This document shows, one piece after another, positions 55,692 to 64,000 of a stretch of DNA of 64,000 bases. The stretch comes from Candidatus Eiseniibacteriota bacterium (GTDB lineage Bacteria > Eisenbacteria > RBG-16-71-46 > SZUA-252), in assembly GCA_963703225.1 (NCBI GenBank), contig OY969801.1, positions 992,001 through 1,056,000 of the forward strand. Reading direction: 5' to 3'. Numbering within the stretch: position 1 is the first letter of the stretch; each line of letters begins with the position of its first letter. The notes under the pieces are model-generated. The model did not search any database. It was not told the DNA's origin and saw only the letters and a list, made by a program, of their open reading frames with translations. The translations under genes were made by a program, and so were the position numbers.

Positions 55692-57651
55692 GCAAATGGT
55701 GAAGCAACAGCTCGCCGGCCGCGGGATATCCGATCCTCGGGTCCTGGAAGCCTTCCGGGCCGTCCCACGCGAGGCGTTTCTCCCCCCGGAACTGGCTGAG
55801 TTCGCCTACCGGGACACGCCACTGCCCATCGCCGCCGGTCAAACGATCTCTCAGCCGTACATCGTAGCGGTCACGGTTGAAGCACTGGCCCTGCGGGGAC
55901 CTGAGCGTGTCCTGGAAATCGGCACCGGGTCCGGCTATGCGGCTGCCATCCTCGGCCAGCTCGCGAAAGAGGTGTTCACCGTCGAACGGCTCGCGCCGCT
56001 CGCCGAGGAGGCCCGGGAGAGGCTCGCGCGGCTCGGGTACCGAAATGTGCACGTGCTCTGCGGCGACGGCACGCTCGGCTGGCCCGAGCATGCGCCGTAC
56101 GACGCCATCGCGGTCGCGGCCGGCGGACCGGACGTACCGGAGGCGCTTCTGTCCCAGTTATCGCCGAGCGGCCGCCTGGTCATTCCCGTCGGGCCGGACG
56201 AATTCTCCCAGGAGCTCGTGCGCGTGGTTCGGGAAGGCAACCAACGCTTCCGCCGAGAGCCAATCATGGGCGTCCGCTTCGTGCCTCTCGTTGGAGAGCA
56301 AGGATGGCCCGAGGATGCCGGTCCCATCCGTGCGCCAAAGGCGTCGACCGGAGCGAGAGGGATCGCGAGGCTCGTCCGAGAGACCGCCGAGCCGATCGAC
56401 GACCCGGATTCTGCACCGGTGGAGGCGCTCCTCGACCGGATCGGGGACGCCCGGGTCGTTCTTCTCGGAGAATCGACGCACGGAACCAGCGAGTTCTACC
56501 GAATGCGCGCACGCATTACGAAGGCGCTTATCGAGCGGCTGGGCTTCACCTTCGTCGCGGTCGAGGCAGACTGGCCCGACGCCGCGAGGATCAACGACTA
56601 CGTGTTGGACGATTCCCGTCGGCCCACGGTGGACTTCAGGCCGTTCTCCAGATTTCCGACGTGGATGTGGCGCAACGAGGAAGTCGACGCCTTTGTCGTT
56701 TGGCTCCGCTCGCGGAACGCGACCCGGCGAGTGCGGGCCGGGTTTCATGGACTTGACCTCTACAGCATGTTCACGTCGATCGCGGCCGTCCTTGCCTATC
56801 TCGACGACGTGGACCCGGACGCCGCCCGCGTGGCCCGAGCCCGCTACGGCACGCTCACTCCGTGGCAGAAGGACCCGGCAGCCTATGGACGGGCCGTCCT
56901 CGCGGGCCGGTACGAAAGCTCGGAAGGGGCCGTCATTGCCATGCTTCGGGAACTTCTCGAGGGCCGCCTCGAATACGGCCGGATGGACGGAGAGCGGTTC
57001 TTCGACGCGGCCCGAAACGCGCACGTCGTGGCGAATGCCGAGGCCTACTACCGCGCGATGTACTACGGCTCGGCGGCCTCCTGGAATCTGCGCGATACGC
57101 ACATGTTCGAGACGCTGCAGGCCCTATTCGACTTCTACGGCCCCGATGCCAAGGGGGTCGTGTGGGAGCACAATTCGCACGTGGGAAATGCCGCTGCAAC
57201 GGAAATGGGCGCGCGGGGCGAGCTGAACGTTGGGCAGCTCTGCCGTGGAGAGTTTGGCAATGGCGCGTACATCTTGGGGTTCGGCACCGATCATGGCACG
57301 GTCGGGGCGGCGTCCGACTGGGATGAGCCCATGCAGCGGATGACGATCCGCCCCGCGCAAGAGGGAAGTTATGAACGCCTCTTCCACGAGTCGGACGTAC
57401 CCGCATTCACCCTGCATCTGCGCGCTCCAAAACGTTCGGACGTTCGCGAAGAGTTGCTTTCTCCTCGCCTCGAGCGCGCGATCGGAGTCGTGTACCGACC
57501 CGAGACCGAGCTGGCGAGCCACTATTTCTACGCGAGCTTGCCCCACCAATTTGATGAAATCGTCTGGTTCGACGAGACCCGCGCGGTCCAGCCCCTCGAA
57601 ACCGGGCGGTGGTCGAGAGAGGTTCCGGAAACCTACCCGTTCGGGCTCTGA
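55639..57651 (+). CDS. pcm: Protein-L-isoaspartate O-methyltransferase fused to erythromycin esterase-like domain
   Basis: VPREAF, GQTISQPY, VLEIGTGSGY and APYDAI, then LLGESTHGTSEFY, VEADWP, WNLRD and WEHNSH. Confidence 0.92.
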   Translation: MQEPRREGGTAISLQEREQMVKQQLAGRGISDPRVLEAFRAVPREAFLPPELAEFAYRDTPLPIAAGQTISQPYIVAVTVEALALRGPERVLEIGTGSGYAAAILGQLAKEVFTVERLAPLAEEARERLARLGYRNVHVLCGDGTLGWPEHAPYDAIAVAAGGPDVPEALLSQLSPSGRLVIPVGPDEFSQELVRVVREGNQRFRREPIMGVRFVPLVGEQGWPEDAGPIRAPKASTGARGIARLVRETAEPIDDPDSAPVEALLDRIGDARVVLLGESTHGTSEFYRMRARITKALIERLGFTFVAVEADWPDAARINDYVLDDSRRPTVDFRPFSRFPTWMWRNEEVDAFVVWLRSRNATRRVRAGFHGLDLYSMFTSIAAVLAYLDDVDPDAARVARARYGTLTPWQKDPAAYGRAVLAGRYESSEGAVIAMLRELLEGRLEYGRMDGERFFDAARNAHVVANAEAYYRAMYYGSAASWNLRDTHMFETLQALFDFYGPDAKGVVWEHNSHVGNAAATEMGARGELNVGQLCRGEFGNGAYILGFGTDHGTVGAASDWDEPMQRMTIRPAQEGSYERLFHESDVPAFTLHLRAPKRSDVREELLSPRLERAIGVVYRPETELASHYFYASLPHQFDEIVWFDETRAVQPLETGRWSREVPETYPFGL

Positions 57652-57710
57652 CCTTCGGCAGAGCCATTGGACCCGGGGCCAACCCCGTCCTGACACCGAT
57701 GGGAGAGACT

Positions 57711-57838
57711 CTGTCAACCTGTCAGCATCCGCCGCTCCCCGCTGCGGGCCACGATCCCTGTGCGGTGGCGTAACCTGCATCCAGGAGAGAAGCTCGGGGA
57801 TGTGCGACCCGTGAAGGTAAGAGGCACACTTCGTGCCC
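57711..57838 (+). promoter_or_regulatory. sigma54 promoter and enhancer upstream of BON gene
   Basis: Shares 21 identical bp (CTGTCAACCTGTCAGCATCCG) and 19 identical bp (AGAGGCACACTTCGTGCCC) with 40920-41048. Confidence 0.75.
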
Positions 57839-57906
57839 TGTGGACCAAGGCGGCGGTCCCGACAAGATTGGTGGAAGGTGTCGCGGACGACAAAGGAGGA
57901 AGGGCC

Positions 57907-58590
57907 ATGAAGACGGACACGAGGTCAAAGATGGCAGTGGATCTCCAGAAGCAAGTGGTGGATGAGTTGAAGTGGGAGCCGAGCGTGAATGAGGCGGATA
58001 TCGGCGTCATCGTCAAGGATGGGATTGTGACATTGGCTGGAGTGGTGGGCTCGTACGCCGAGAAGTCGGCGGCGGAGCGGGCGGCTCAGCGCGTCCTTGG
58101 CGTCAGGGCTGTGGCGAACGAAATCGACATCAGGCTACCCAGCAGCAGCACGCGTACGGATGCCGACATCGCGGCCGCAGCCGTGAACGCGCTGCAGTGG
58201 CACGTGTTCCTCCCGCGCGGCAAAATCAAAGTGGCCGTGGACGGGGGATGGGTCACCCTGAAGGGGGACATGCAGTGGCAGTTCCAGAAGACGGCGGCCG
58301 AAGAGTCCGTGCGCCATCTCCTTGGTGTGAGGGGCATTTCCAACCAGATCACGATCAAGCCACGGGTTTCCGCTTCGGACGTCAAGGGCAAGATCCGGGC
58401 TGCCCTGGAGCGGAACGCGGTGCTCGATGCGGACAAGATCGGCGTCGATGCGCATGATGGACGGGTAACCTTGCACGGTACGGTCCGTTCCATGGATGAG
58501 AAATTCGAAGCTGGCCGGGCCGCATGGTCAGCGCCTGGCGTCTTGGGCGTCGAGAACAACCTCGAGGTTGCATCCATCGTCGAGTTCTAG
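57907..58590 (+). CDS. Triple BON domain protein (OsmY-like)
   Basis: Three G.VTL.G.V ... GV..V.N.I/L repeats. AAGGAGG RBS. No signal peptide. Confidence 0.92.
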   Translation: MKTDTRSKMAVDLQKQVVDELKWEPSVNEADIGVIVKDGIVTLAGVVGSYAEKSAAERAAQRVLGVRAVANEIDIRLPSSSTRTDADIAAAAVNALQWHVFLPRGKIKVAVDGGWVTLKGDMQWQFQKTAAEESVRHLLGVRGISNQITIKPRVSASDVKGKIRAALERNAVLDADKIGVDAHDGRVTLHGTVRSMDEKFEAGRAAWSAPGVLGVENNLEVASIVEF

Positions 58591-58617
58591 GATTTGTCGC
58601 TCGCACGGGAGGGTTCC

Positions 58618-59013
58618 ATGAAAGGCTTCGTCGAGGAAATCGAAAAGAGGACCGAGAAGAACTCGGACTTCCGGCGTGTGCTCTACACGGGCAGAAACAT
58701 GCAGCTGGTGTTAATGGCGCTTCGAGTCGGCGAGGAGATTGGCAGCGAGGTGCACCCCGATCGCGACCAGTTCTTTCGCGTGGAGAAGGGCAAAGGCGAG
58801 GTCTGGATCGATGGCACGAGGACGAAGATCGAGGATAATGTAGCGATTATTGTCCCTGCGGGCGCGCGGCACAACATCAAGAACACCGGGAGAGAGCCGC
58901 TGAAGCTTTACACGCTCTATGCGCCTCCCGAGCATGCTGATGGCACCGTACAGGTCACGAAAGCCGATGCGGAGGCCGCCGAGGAACATTTTGCCGGCAA
59001 GACGACCGAGTAG
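58618..59013 (+). CDS. Cupin domain protein
   Basis: FRRVLYTG, EIGSEVH..DQFF, VPAGARHN and LYAPPEH. Confidence 0.92.
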   Translation: MKGFVEEIEKRTEKNSDFRRVLYTGRNMQLVLMALRVGEEIGSEVHPDRDQFFRVEKGKGEVWIDGTRTKIEDNVAIIVPAGARHNIKNTGREPLKLYTLYAPPEHADGTVQVTKADAEAAEEHFAGKTTE

Positions 59014-59239
59014 CACGCCGGACGCCGGAGTCGGCGGAACAGCCCTTCAGTTCGCCCGCGTCAGTCGGGAAGCGGCTACGTTCGACTATCTCTATGCGAA
59101 GGCTGCGGCGCCCGGCTGGGCGTTCCATGTCGTCGTGACGGATTCTCCCTGTCTGTTCATGGCTATCCAGAAAGCCCTCACCGCCGCGGGGTTCCCGCCG
59201 GCCCGCTCCTCAGCCCTCTGAAAATAAATTGGCTCCCAG

Positions 59240-59266
59240 TGTCGATCCGATCGAACTCCGTTCGTA
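59240..59266 (+). promoter_or_regulatory. Putative ECF42-type promoter
   Basis: TGTCGA-17bp-CGTA upstream of the RibD-C/YciI/ECF operon. Confidence 0.6.
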
Positions 59267-59326
59267 TAGAGCGTGAGAAGCCGGGTTCGCCGCGCTTCGA
59301 CGGGACTACGACAGAAGGGAGCTAGA

Positions 59327-59980
59327 ATGCGCAACCTCATAGTGTTCACGCACTTGACCCTCGATGGCGTAATGCAGGCACCGGGCCGGGCCGACGAGGA
59401 CCCCCGCGGCGGCTTCGAGCACGGCGGCTGGTCGCTGCCGTACAAGGATTCGGTCATGGGCAGCCTGGTGGGCGCCGGAATGGCCGAAGCCGGTCCTCTG
59501 TTGTTCGGGAGGCGTACCTACGAGGATTTCTTATGCGTCTGGCCAAAACGGAAGGACAACGCGTTCACCGAGGTGCTCAACAACGCGCAAAAATACGTCG
59601 CATCGACAACGCTGACCGAGCCGCTCCCTTGGAGTAACTCCACGCTGCTCCAAGGCGACGCCGTGGACGCCGTGGCCCGGCTCAAGGAAGAACCGGGGAA
59701 AGACATAGTGGTACTGGGCAGCGCGGGGCTTGTAGGATCGCTGATTCGGCATAACCTTGTGGATGTGTACGTGTTGCTGATCCACCCGCTGGTGTTGGGA
59801 TCGGGGCGGCGTCTTTTCACCGACAATGGCGCATTCGCCGCGCTCCGGCTCGTCGACGCGAAGACCACGACCACGGGCGTGGTGATCGCGACGTACCGCC
59901 TGGCCGAACAGACGGCTCAGAAACCGCCAGCAGAGCTGACGGCGCACGGCGGCGCCAATGCCCAGGAGAGCATGCGATGA
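59327..59980 (+). CDS. Dihydrofolate reductase-like (RibD C-terminal) protein
   Basis: [31 protein letters not shown] and [12 protein letters not shown]. Confidence 0.9.
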   Translation: MRNLIVFTHLTLDGVMQAPGRADEDPRGGFEHGGWSLPYKDSVMGSLVGAGMAEAGPLLFGRRTYEDFLCVWPKRKDNAFTEVLNNAQKYVASTTLTEPLPWSNSTLLQGDAVDAVARLKEEPGKDIVVLGSAGLVGSLIRHNLVDVYVLLIHPLVLGSGRRLFTDNGAFAALRLVDAKTTTTGVVIATYRLAEQTAQKPPAELTAHGGANAQESMR

Positions 59981-60330
59981 AGCAGTACCTGCTCAGCATC
60001 TATCAGCCCGAAGGGGGTACTCCTCCGCCCGAAGTCTTGGAGAAGGTGATGCTGGACGTCGACACCCTGAACCGAGAGCTCAAGACCGCCGGCGCGTGGG
60101 TCTTCGCCGGAGGGCTCCACCCCTCGAGCACGGCCACGGTGGTGCGGTTTCAAGGCGACGAGACGCTCATGACCGACGGCCCGTTTGCCGAAGGCAAAGA
60201 GCACATCGGCGGCTTCTGGATCATCAATGCGCCCGATCTCGACGCGGCGCTCGAGTGGGCCCGCAAGGCCGCCCGGGCGGTCACCCTCCCGATCGAAGTG
60301 CGGCCGTTTCGAGACAGGGCCGAGGCCTGA
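59977..60330 (+). CDS. YciI/DGPF domain protein
   Basis: [16 protein letters not shown] and IEVRP. Confidence 0.92.
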   Translation: MKQYLLSIYQPEGGTPPPEVLEKVMLDVDTLNRELKTAGAWVFAGGLHPSSTATVVRFQGDETLMTDGPFAEGKEHIGGFWIINAPDLDAALEWARKAARAVTLPIEVRPFRDRAEA

Positions 60331-60338
60331 CGCCGGGC

Positions 60339-61562
60339 GTGCCGACCCTCAACACCTCCGAGATCGAACGTGTGTTCCGCGAGGAGTACGGCCGCGCGGT
60401 GGCCGTCTTGGTCCGCCACTTTGGCGATATCGATCTCGCGGAGGAAGCGGTTCAGGATGCGTTCACCGTGGCGGTGGAACGGTGGCCGTCCGCCGGACTG
60501 CCTCCGAGCCCGGCGGGATGGATCATCACCACGGCTCGCAACCGGGCGATCGATCGCCTCCGCCGAGAGGCGTCCCGCGGGGACCGGCACGCCCAGGCCG
60601 TGGCGCTTCACGCCAGCAGCGAATCGCCAGAGGAGGACGCCGTGCGCGACGATCGATTGCGCCTGATGTTCACCTGTTGCCACCCCGCGCTCGCCACCGG
60701 CGCGCAGGTTGCCCTGACACTCCGGCTCCTGGGTGGGCTCACCACCGCCGAGATCGCGCACGCGTTCCTCGTGCCCGGGCCGACGATGGCCCAGCGACTG
60801 GTTCGCGCGAAGGGCAAGATCCGCGATGCGGGTATCCCTTATCGTGTTCCGCACGGTTCCGACCTGCCTGGCCGCCTTCGCGCTGTGCTCGCGGTTGTCT
60901 ACCTCGTGTTCAATGAGGGTTACACGGCGAGCACGGGCGACCGGCTTATCCGCGAAGATCTCTGCGCCGAGGCGATCCGCCTGGGGCGACTCCTGGCCGA
61001 GCTGATGCCGGATGAACCGGAAGTTTGTGGACTGCTGGCGCTCATGCTGTTGATCGAGTCGCGCCGGGCGACCCGTACCACGGCCTCGGGCGACCTCGTG
61101 CGGCTCGCCGACCAGAACCGCAGCCTCTGGGACCGCGAGCTCATCTCCGAAGGCCAAGCCATCGTCCGCCAATCTCTCGCCCGAAATCAGCCCGGCCCGT
61201 ACCAGATCCAGGCGGCGATCAACGCTGTCCACAGCGCCGCGCCCGTCGCATCCGCCACCGACTGGCGGCAAATCCTAGAGTTGTACGACCAACTCCTGTC
61301 GATCGCGCCTAGCCCGATCGTGGCCCTCAACCGCGCGGTCGCCGTGGCCGAGGTTCAGGGACCCGATGCGGCGCTCTCTCTTCTCGACGGCCGCGATCTG
61401 GATGGCTTTCACTTGTTCCACGCGATCCGCGCCGACCTGCTCCGGCGCGTCGGCCGAAACGACGAAGCGGCGCTGGCGTACAAGGCGGCGATCGCCCGCA
61501 CCGACAACGCGCGTGAGCGCGACTTTCTCCAGCGCGGCCTTCAGACGGTCACACAAGGCTGA
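60339..61562 (+). CDS. ECF sigma factor with C-terminal TPR extension (ECF42/DUF6596-like)
   Basis: [39 protein letters not shown] and ALNRAVA. Adjacent to a DGPF gene. Confidence 0.9.
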   Translation: MPTLNTSEIERVFREEYGRAVAVLVRHFGDIDLAEEAVQDAFTVAVERWPSAGLPPSPAGWIITTARNRAIDRLRREASRGDRHAQAVALHASSESPEEDAVRDDRLRLMFTCCHPALATGAQVALTLRLLGGLTTAEIAHAFLVPGPTMAQRLVRAKGKIRDAGIPYRVPHGSDLPGRLRAVLAVVYLVFNEGYTASTGDRLIREDLCAEAIRLGRLLAELMPDEPEVCGLLALMLLIESRRATRTTASGDLVRLADQNRSLWDRELISEGQAIVRQSLARNQPGPYQIQAAINAVHSAAPVASATDWRQILELYDQLLSIAPSPIVALNRAVAVAEVQGPDAALSLLDGRDLDGFHLFHAIRADLLRRVGRNDEAALAYKAAIARTDNARERDFLQRGLQTVTQG

Positions 61563-61649
61563 CGAGGCTGACGTGACGCTGGCTGCTAGCGCCTACCACT
61601 GCGGTGGATTGCTTGTGCTAGGTCATGCGGGCCGAGCTTCCCCCAGCGA

Positions 61650-62192
61650 TCAAGATGGCACGGGCGGGATCGCCCGATAGGAACGCATCAGATCGTCGCG
61701 CTCACTTTGCCCCAGATCGGAGCCGAAATGGAGCATGGCGTCCAGGACATCGTGGCCTTCGAAGTAGGCCGGGTGGCATGCGAGATGGATGAAGCCTCCC
61801 GGTGAGAATCGCCCCTCTTCATAGAACGCGAGGCGGATCCGCCAACTCCCGCGTTCGATGGGGTTACGGCAGCTCCGGCACTTGGCCTGTCCGCTCGACG
61901 CCCGCTCGGCGCCGTCGACCCGCCGCAGACGCCGGTGCGCCAGCGTCCCGCGCGCGGCACGTTCCAAGGCATCCCGGCCGGACAGACCGTCCGGCGCTCC
62001 GGCGAGCGCTTCGAGGAATGGCTCCGGACGCTTGAACGCCGCGCACGGAGGGTGAAACCACAGCGTCATTTCGCCTTCGCCGTATGGATTCGGCAGGCGC
62101 TCGCCAAAGCGCAGCTCACCGCGGTCGATAGCCCGGCCGCAGCCGCGGCACTTCGCCCGCCCGGTCGGGGCGACCTCGAAGACATGAGGCAT
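61650..62192 (-). CDS. Stand-alone protein with two PARP-type zinc fingers
   Basis: E.A.TGRAKCRGC...I.RGELR.G...WFH..C and E.A.SGQAKCRSC...I.RG..R....FIH..C. Confidence 0.75.
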   Translation of the reverse strand: MPHVFEVAPTGRAKCRGCGRAIDRGELRFGERLPNPYGEGEMTLWFHPPCAAFKRPEPFLEALAGAPDGLSGRDALERAARGTLAHRRLRRVDGAERASSGQAKCRSCRNPIERGSWRIRLAFYEEGRFSPGGFIHLACHPAYFEGHDVLDAMLHFGSDLGQSERDDLMRSYRAIPPVPS

Positions 62193-62479
62193 GTGGGGAG
62201 GATACGCCAGACCCGGGCCCGCGTCCTACGCGACCCCGCCACAGCTGAACCGGGGGCAAGCTCGCTCGCCTCCGTCAGCAGCCGGCGACAGTGTCCATTC
62301 GTCTTGTTGACACGCACGGCACGAGATCCATGAGGGTAGGGAGGCTCATGGGCGTATAGTTCCCACTCACACAATCACTTAATTGGTTTGTGCCGCTGCT
62401 CCTCGGTGTGGGCACGTTCCTTGATGTGGTCCTCCGGCGGGAAAGGAGGGGGCCTCTCCCAGGCCCTAAGAAGCCCGCC

Positions 62480-63367
62480 ATGAGACCCGCGATCCGCATC
62501 GCCCTCTTCGGCAAGTTTTCGGTCCACATGGGGAGTGAAGTCCTGCTCGATCACGCCCCCCACAAGGCTCAAGAACTCCTCGCTTACCTGACGCTCCACC
62601 GCGGCAAAGCACACCCCCGGGATACCCTGGCAGAGCTGCTCTGGGGTCATCAGGACACGCCCAACTCTCGGAAGTACCTCCGCCAAGCCCTTTGGCAACT
62701 CCATTCGGGACTCGTTGCCGTCGGTCGGGGACGAGCGGCCCATCTGCTCCGGGCGGAATCAGACTGGCTCGAGCTCGCGTTCGACGATGGGGTGGATGCC
62801 GACGTCGCCCGGTTCGAGGAGGCATTTGCGGTGGTCAATGGTGGTCGGAGCGAAGCGCTCAATCCGGAGTGCGCCCGGGGCCTCGCGGAGACCGCTCGGG
62901 TCTACCGCGGTGATCTCCTCGAGGGCTGGGATGTGGAGTGGTGCGGCTACGACCGAGAGCGGTTCCGCCGGATGTATCTCGCGGTCCTCGACAAGTTATG
63001 CGACTACTACCAGGCGCGCCACGAGTACGAAGCCGCCATCGCCTATGCGACGCTCTCGCTGAGCAGCGATCCGGCGCGGGAGCGGAGCCACCGGAGCCTT
63101 ATGAGTTCACTCGCCATGTCTGGCGATCGGTGTGCCGCGTTGCGCCAGTACGCGCGCTGCGTCGAGGCGCTGCGCGAGGAAGCAGGGGTCGATCCGGAGC
63201 CGGAAACCGTGGTGCTCGAGCAAACGATTCGAGCGGGACAGGTCGCGGGAGCGGTGCGCGAACGGTTCAACGGGACCAATGGGGGAGGACCGGCGGGTTC
63301 TTCCGGGGAGTTATCGGTCGTAGCTTCGGCCCGGCGAGCCCAGGGAGCCCGCGCTCGCCAGAACTGA
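62480..63367 (+). CDS. SARP-family (wHTH plus BTAD) transcriptional activator
   Basis: IALFGKF.V, ELLAYL, RDTLAELLW, DVARFE, YRGDLLEG and DPARERSHR.LM. Confidence 0.9.
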   Translation: MRPAIRIALFGKFSVHMGSEVLLDHAPHKAQELLAYLTLHRGKAHPRDTLAELLWGHQDTPNSRKYLRQALWQLHSGLVAVGRGRAAHLLRAESDWLELAFDDGVDADVARFEEAFAVVNGGRSEALNPECARGLAETARVYRGDLLEGWDVEWCGYDRERFRRMYLAVLDKLCDYYQARHEYEAAIAYATLSLSSDPARERSHRSLMSSLAMSGDRCAALRQYARCVEALREEAGVDPEPETVVLEQTIRAGQVAGAVRERFNGTNGGGPAGSSGELSVVASARRAQGARARQN

Positions 63368-63408
63368 CGGTGGGGGGCTGGGGCCCGACCGGATTCAGTC
63401 CGGTCGGG

Positions 63409-63804
63409 TCATCCGGTGCGCTGCGGCGCTGGTGCGAGGCCCTGGTCTCCGGGGTCGAGGTAGAATTCGTAGTCGACGGAACGTGTGGGAACGGTCCGGG
63501 AGATCCGCAACCGGAGCTGGACCCATTCGAGCGTTGAAGTCGGATCGATTCGCGCCTCGGGGACGATAGCCAGGCCTGCCGCTCTCGATCCGCTTAGCGC
63601 GGATGACTGCTGCGCGATCACATGCCAGCCCCCACCCGAATCGGGATTCACGGCCCCGCCGGGACAGAACGCTTCTAGCAAGAGACTCACACTGCCTTCT
63701 CCCCGCACCTCCAACTCGTAGCGGTACTGCCCTGGCTTCCGCCAGAGCGTGTACGTGTCGGCGCGATCCTGACCGTCGAGGGTGCCTCGGACTTTCGGCG
63801 ACAT
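63409..63804 (-). CDS. Hypothetical beta-rich protein
   Basis: Open frame with protein-like composition, convergent with the BTAD gene. Start uncertain. Confidence 0.45.
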   Translation of the reverse strand: MSPKVRGTLDGQDRADTYTLWRKPGQYRYELEVRGEGSVSLLLEAFCPGGAVNPDSGGGWHVIAQQSSALSGSRAAGLAIVPEARIDPTSTLEWVQLRLRISRTVPTRSVDYEFYLDPGDQGLAPAPQRTG

Positions 63805-63909
63805 GACCGTCGCTGCCTCCGTGGGGCACGGGAATCGGGGCGATTGGATACCGCAGGCGGGCAACCACCAGCCCGTGCAGCGACTCCGGACTACACCCCC
63901 TGCCTAAAG

Positions 63910-63953
63910 ACAGTAGAAACCGGAGCGTCTCTATGGCGTCTGTTTGAGCGTCT
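63910..63953 (-). promoter_or_regulatory. Putative SARP-dependent promoter (heptamer direct repeats plus -10)
   Basis: Minus strand AGACGCT/AGACGCC/AGACGCT at 12- and 11-bp periods, the last copy 8 nt upstream of TACTGT. Confidence 0.45.
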
Positions 63954-64000
63954 CAGTGGTTAGAAAAGTGCAGCCACGACCGGAGCGAGAGACGCGAACG

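Noticed and set aside
56400..57651. Erythromycin esterase domain as an antibiotic-resistance gene
   Set aside because: The PCMT-fused form in a stress island matches widespread Ere-like homologues of unknown substrate. Nothing here supports macrolide resistance.

Overview
This is a high-GC, gene-dense bacterial window with about 58 CDS. I saw no rRNA, tRNA, CRISPR array or transposase. Two secreted S8 proteases end in a FlgD-Ig-type C-terminal domain, which suggests (inference only) an FCB-related lineage such as Ca. Eisenbacteria. The left half holds Ser/Thr kinases, a cold-shock protein, a P450, an ECF/anti-sigma pair, an ArsR-SRPBCC-DUF899 operon, and a sigma54 activator with an NHLP-like protein/TolC/RND operon. 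Four observations stand out. (1) A canonical tryptophanase is followed by an 897-aa tandem tyrosine phenol-lyase whose two halves have lost complementary sets of active-site residues, predicting one composite active site per chain. (2) An ~18 kb island (40.9-59.0 kb) resembles the DosR/lxa hypoxia-dormancy gene sets (Hsp20, USP, CBS, BON, BCAM0308-like, archease, PCMT-erythromycin esterase). It carries repeated sigma54 promoters with a shared upstream motif at constant spacing. (3) Inside that island, an unannotated 480-aa protein has archaeo-eukaryotic primase (PriS-like) catalytic motifs fused to a PriL-like 4-Cys C-terminal domain. It is coupled to an endonuclease IV-like metallo-TIM barrel and lies near a diverged archease with no RtcB in the window, suggesting a candidate nucleic-acid repair module. 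(4) A stand-alone double PARP-type zinc-finger protein lies nearby. All calls come from motif reading by eye; no searches were run.
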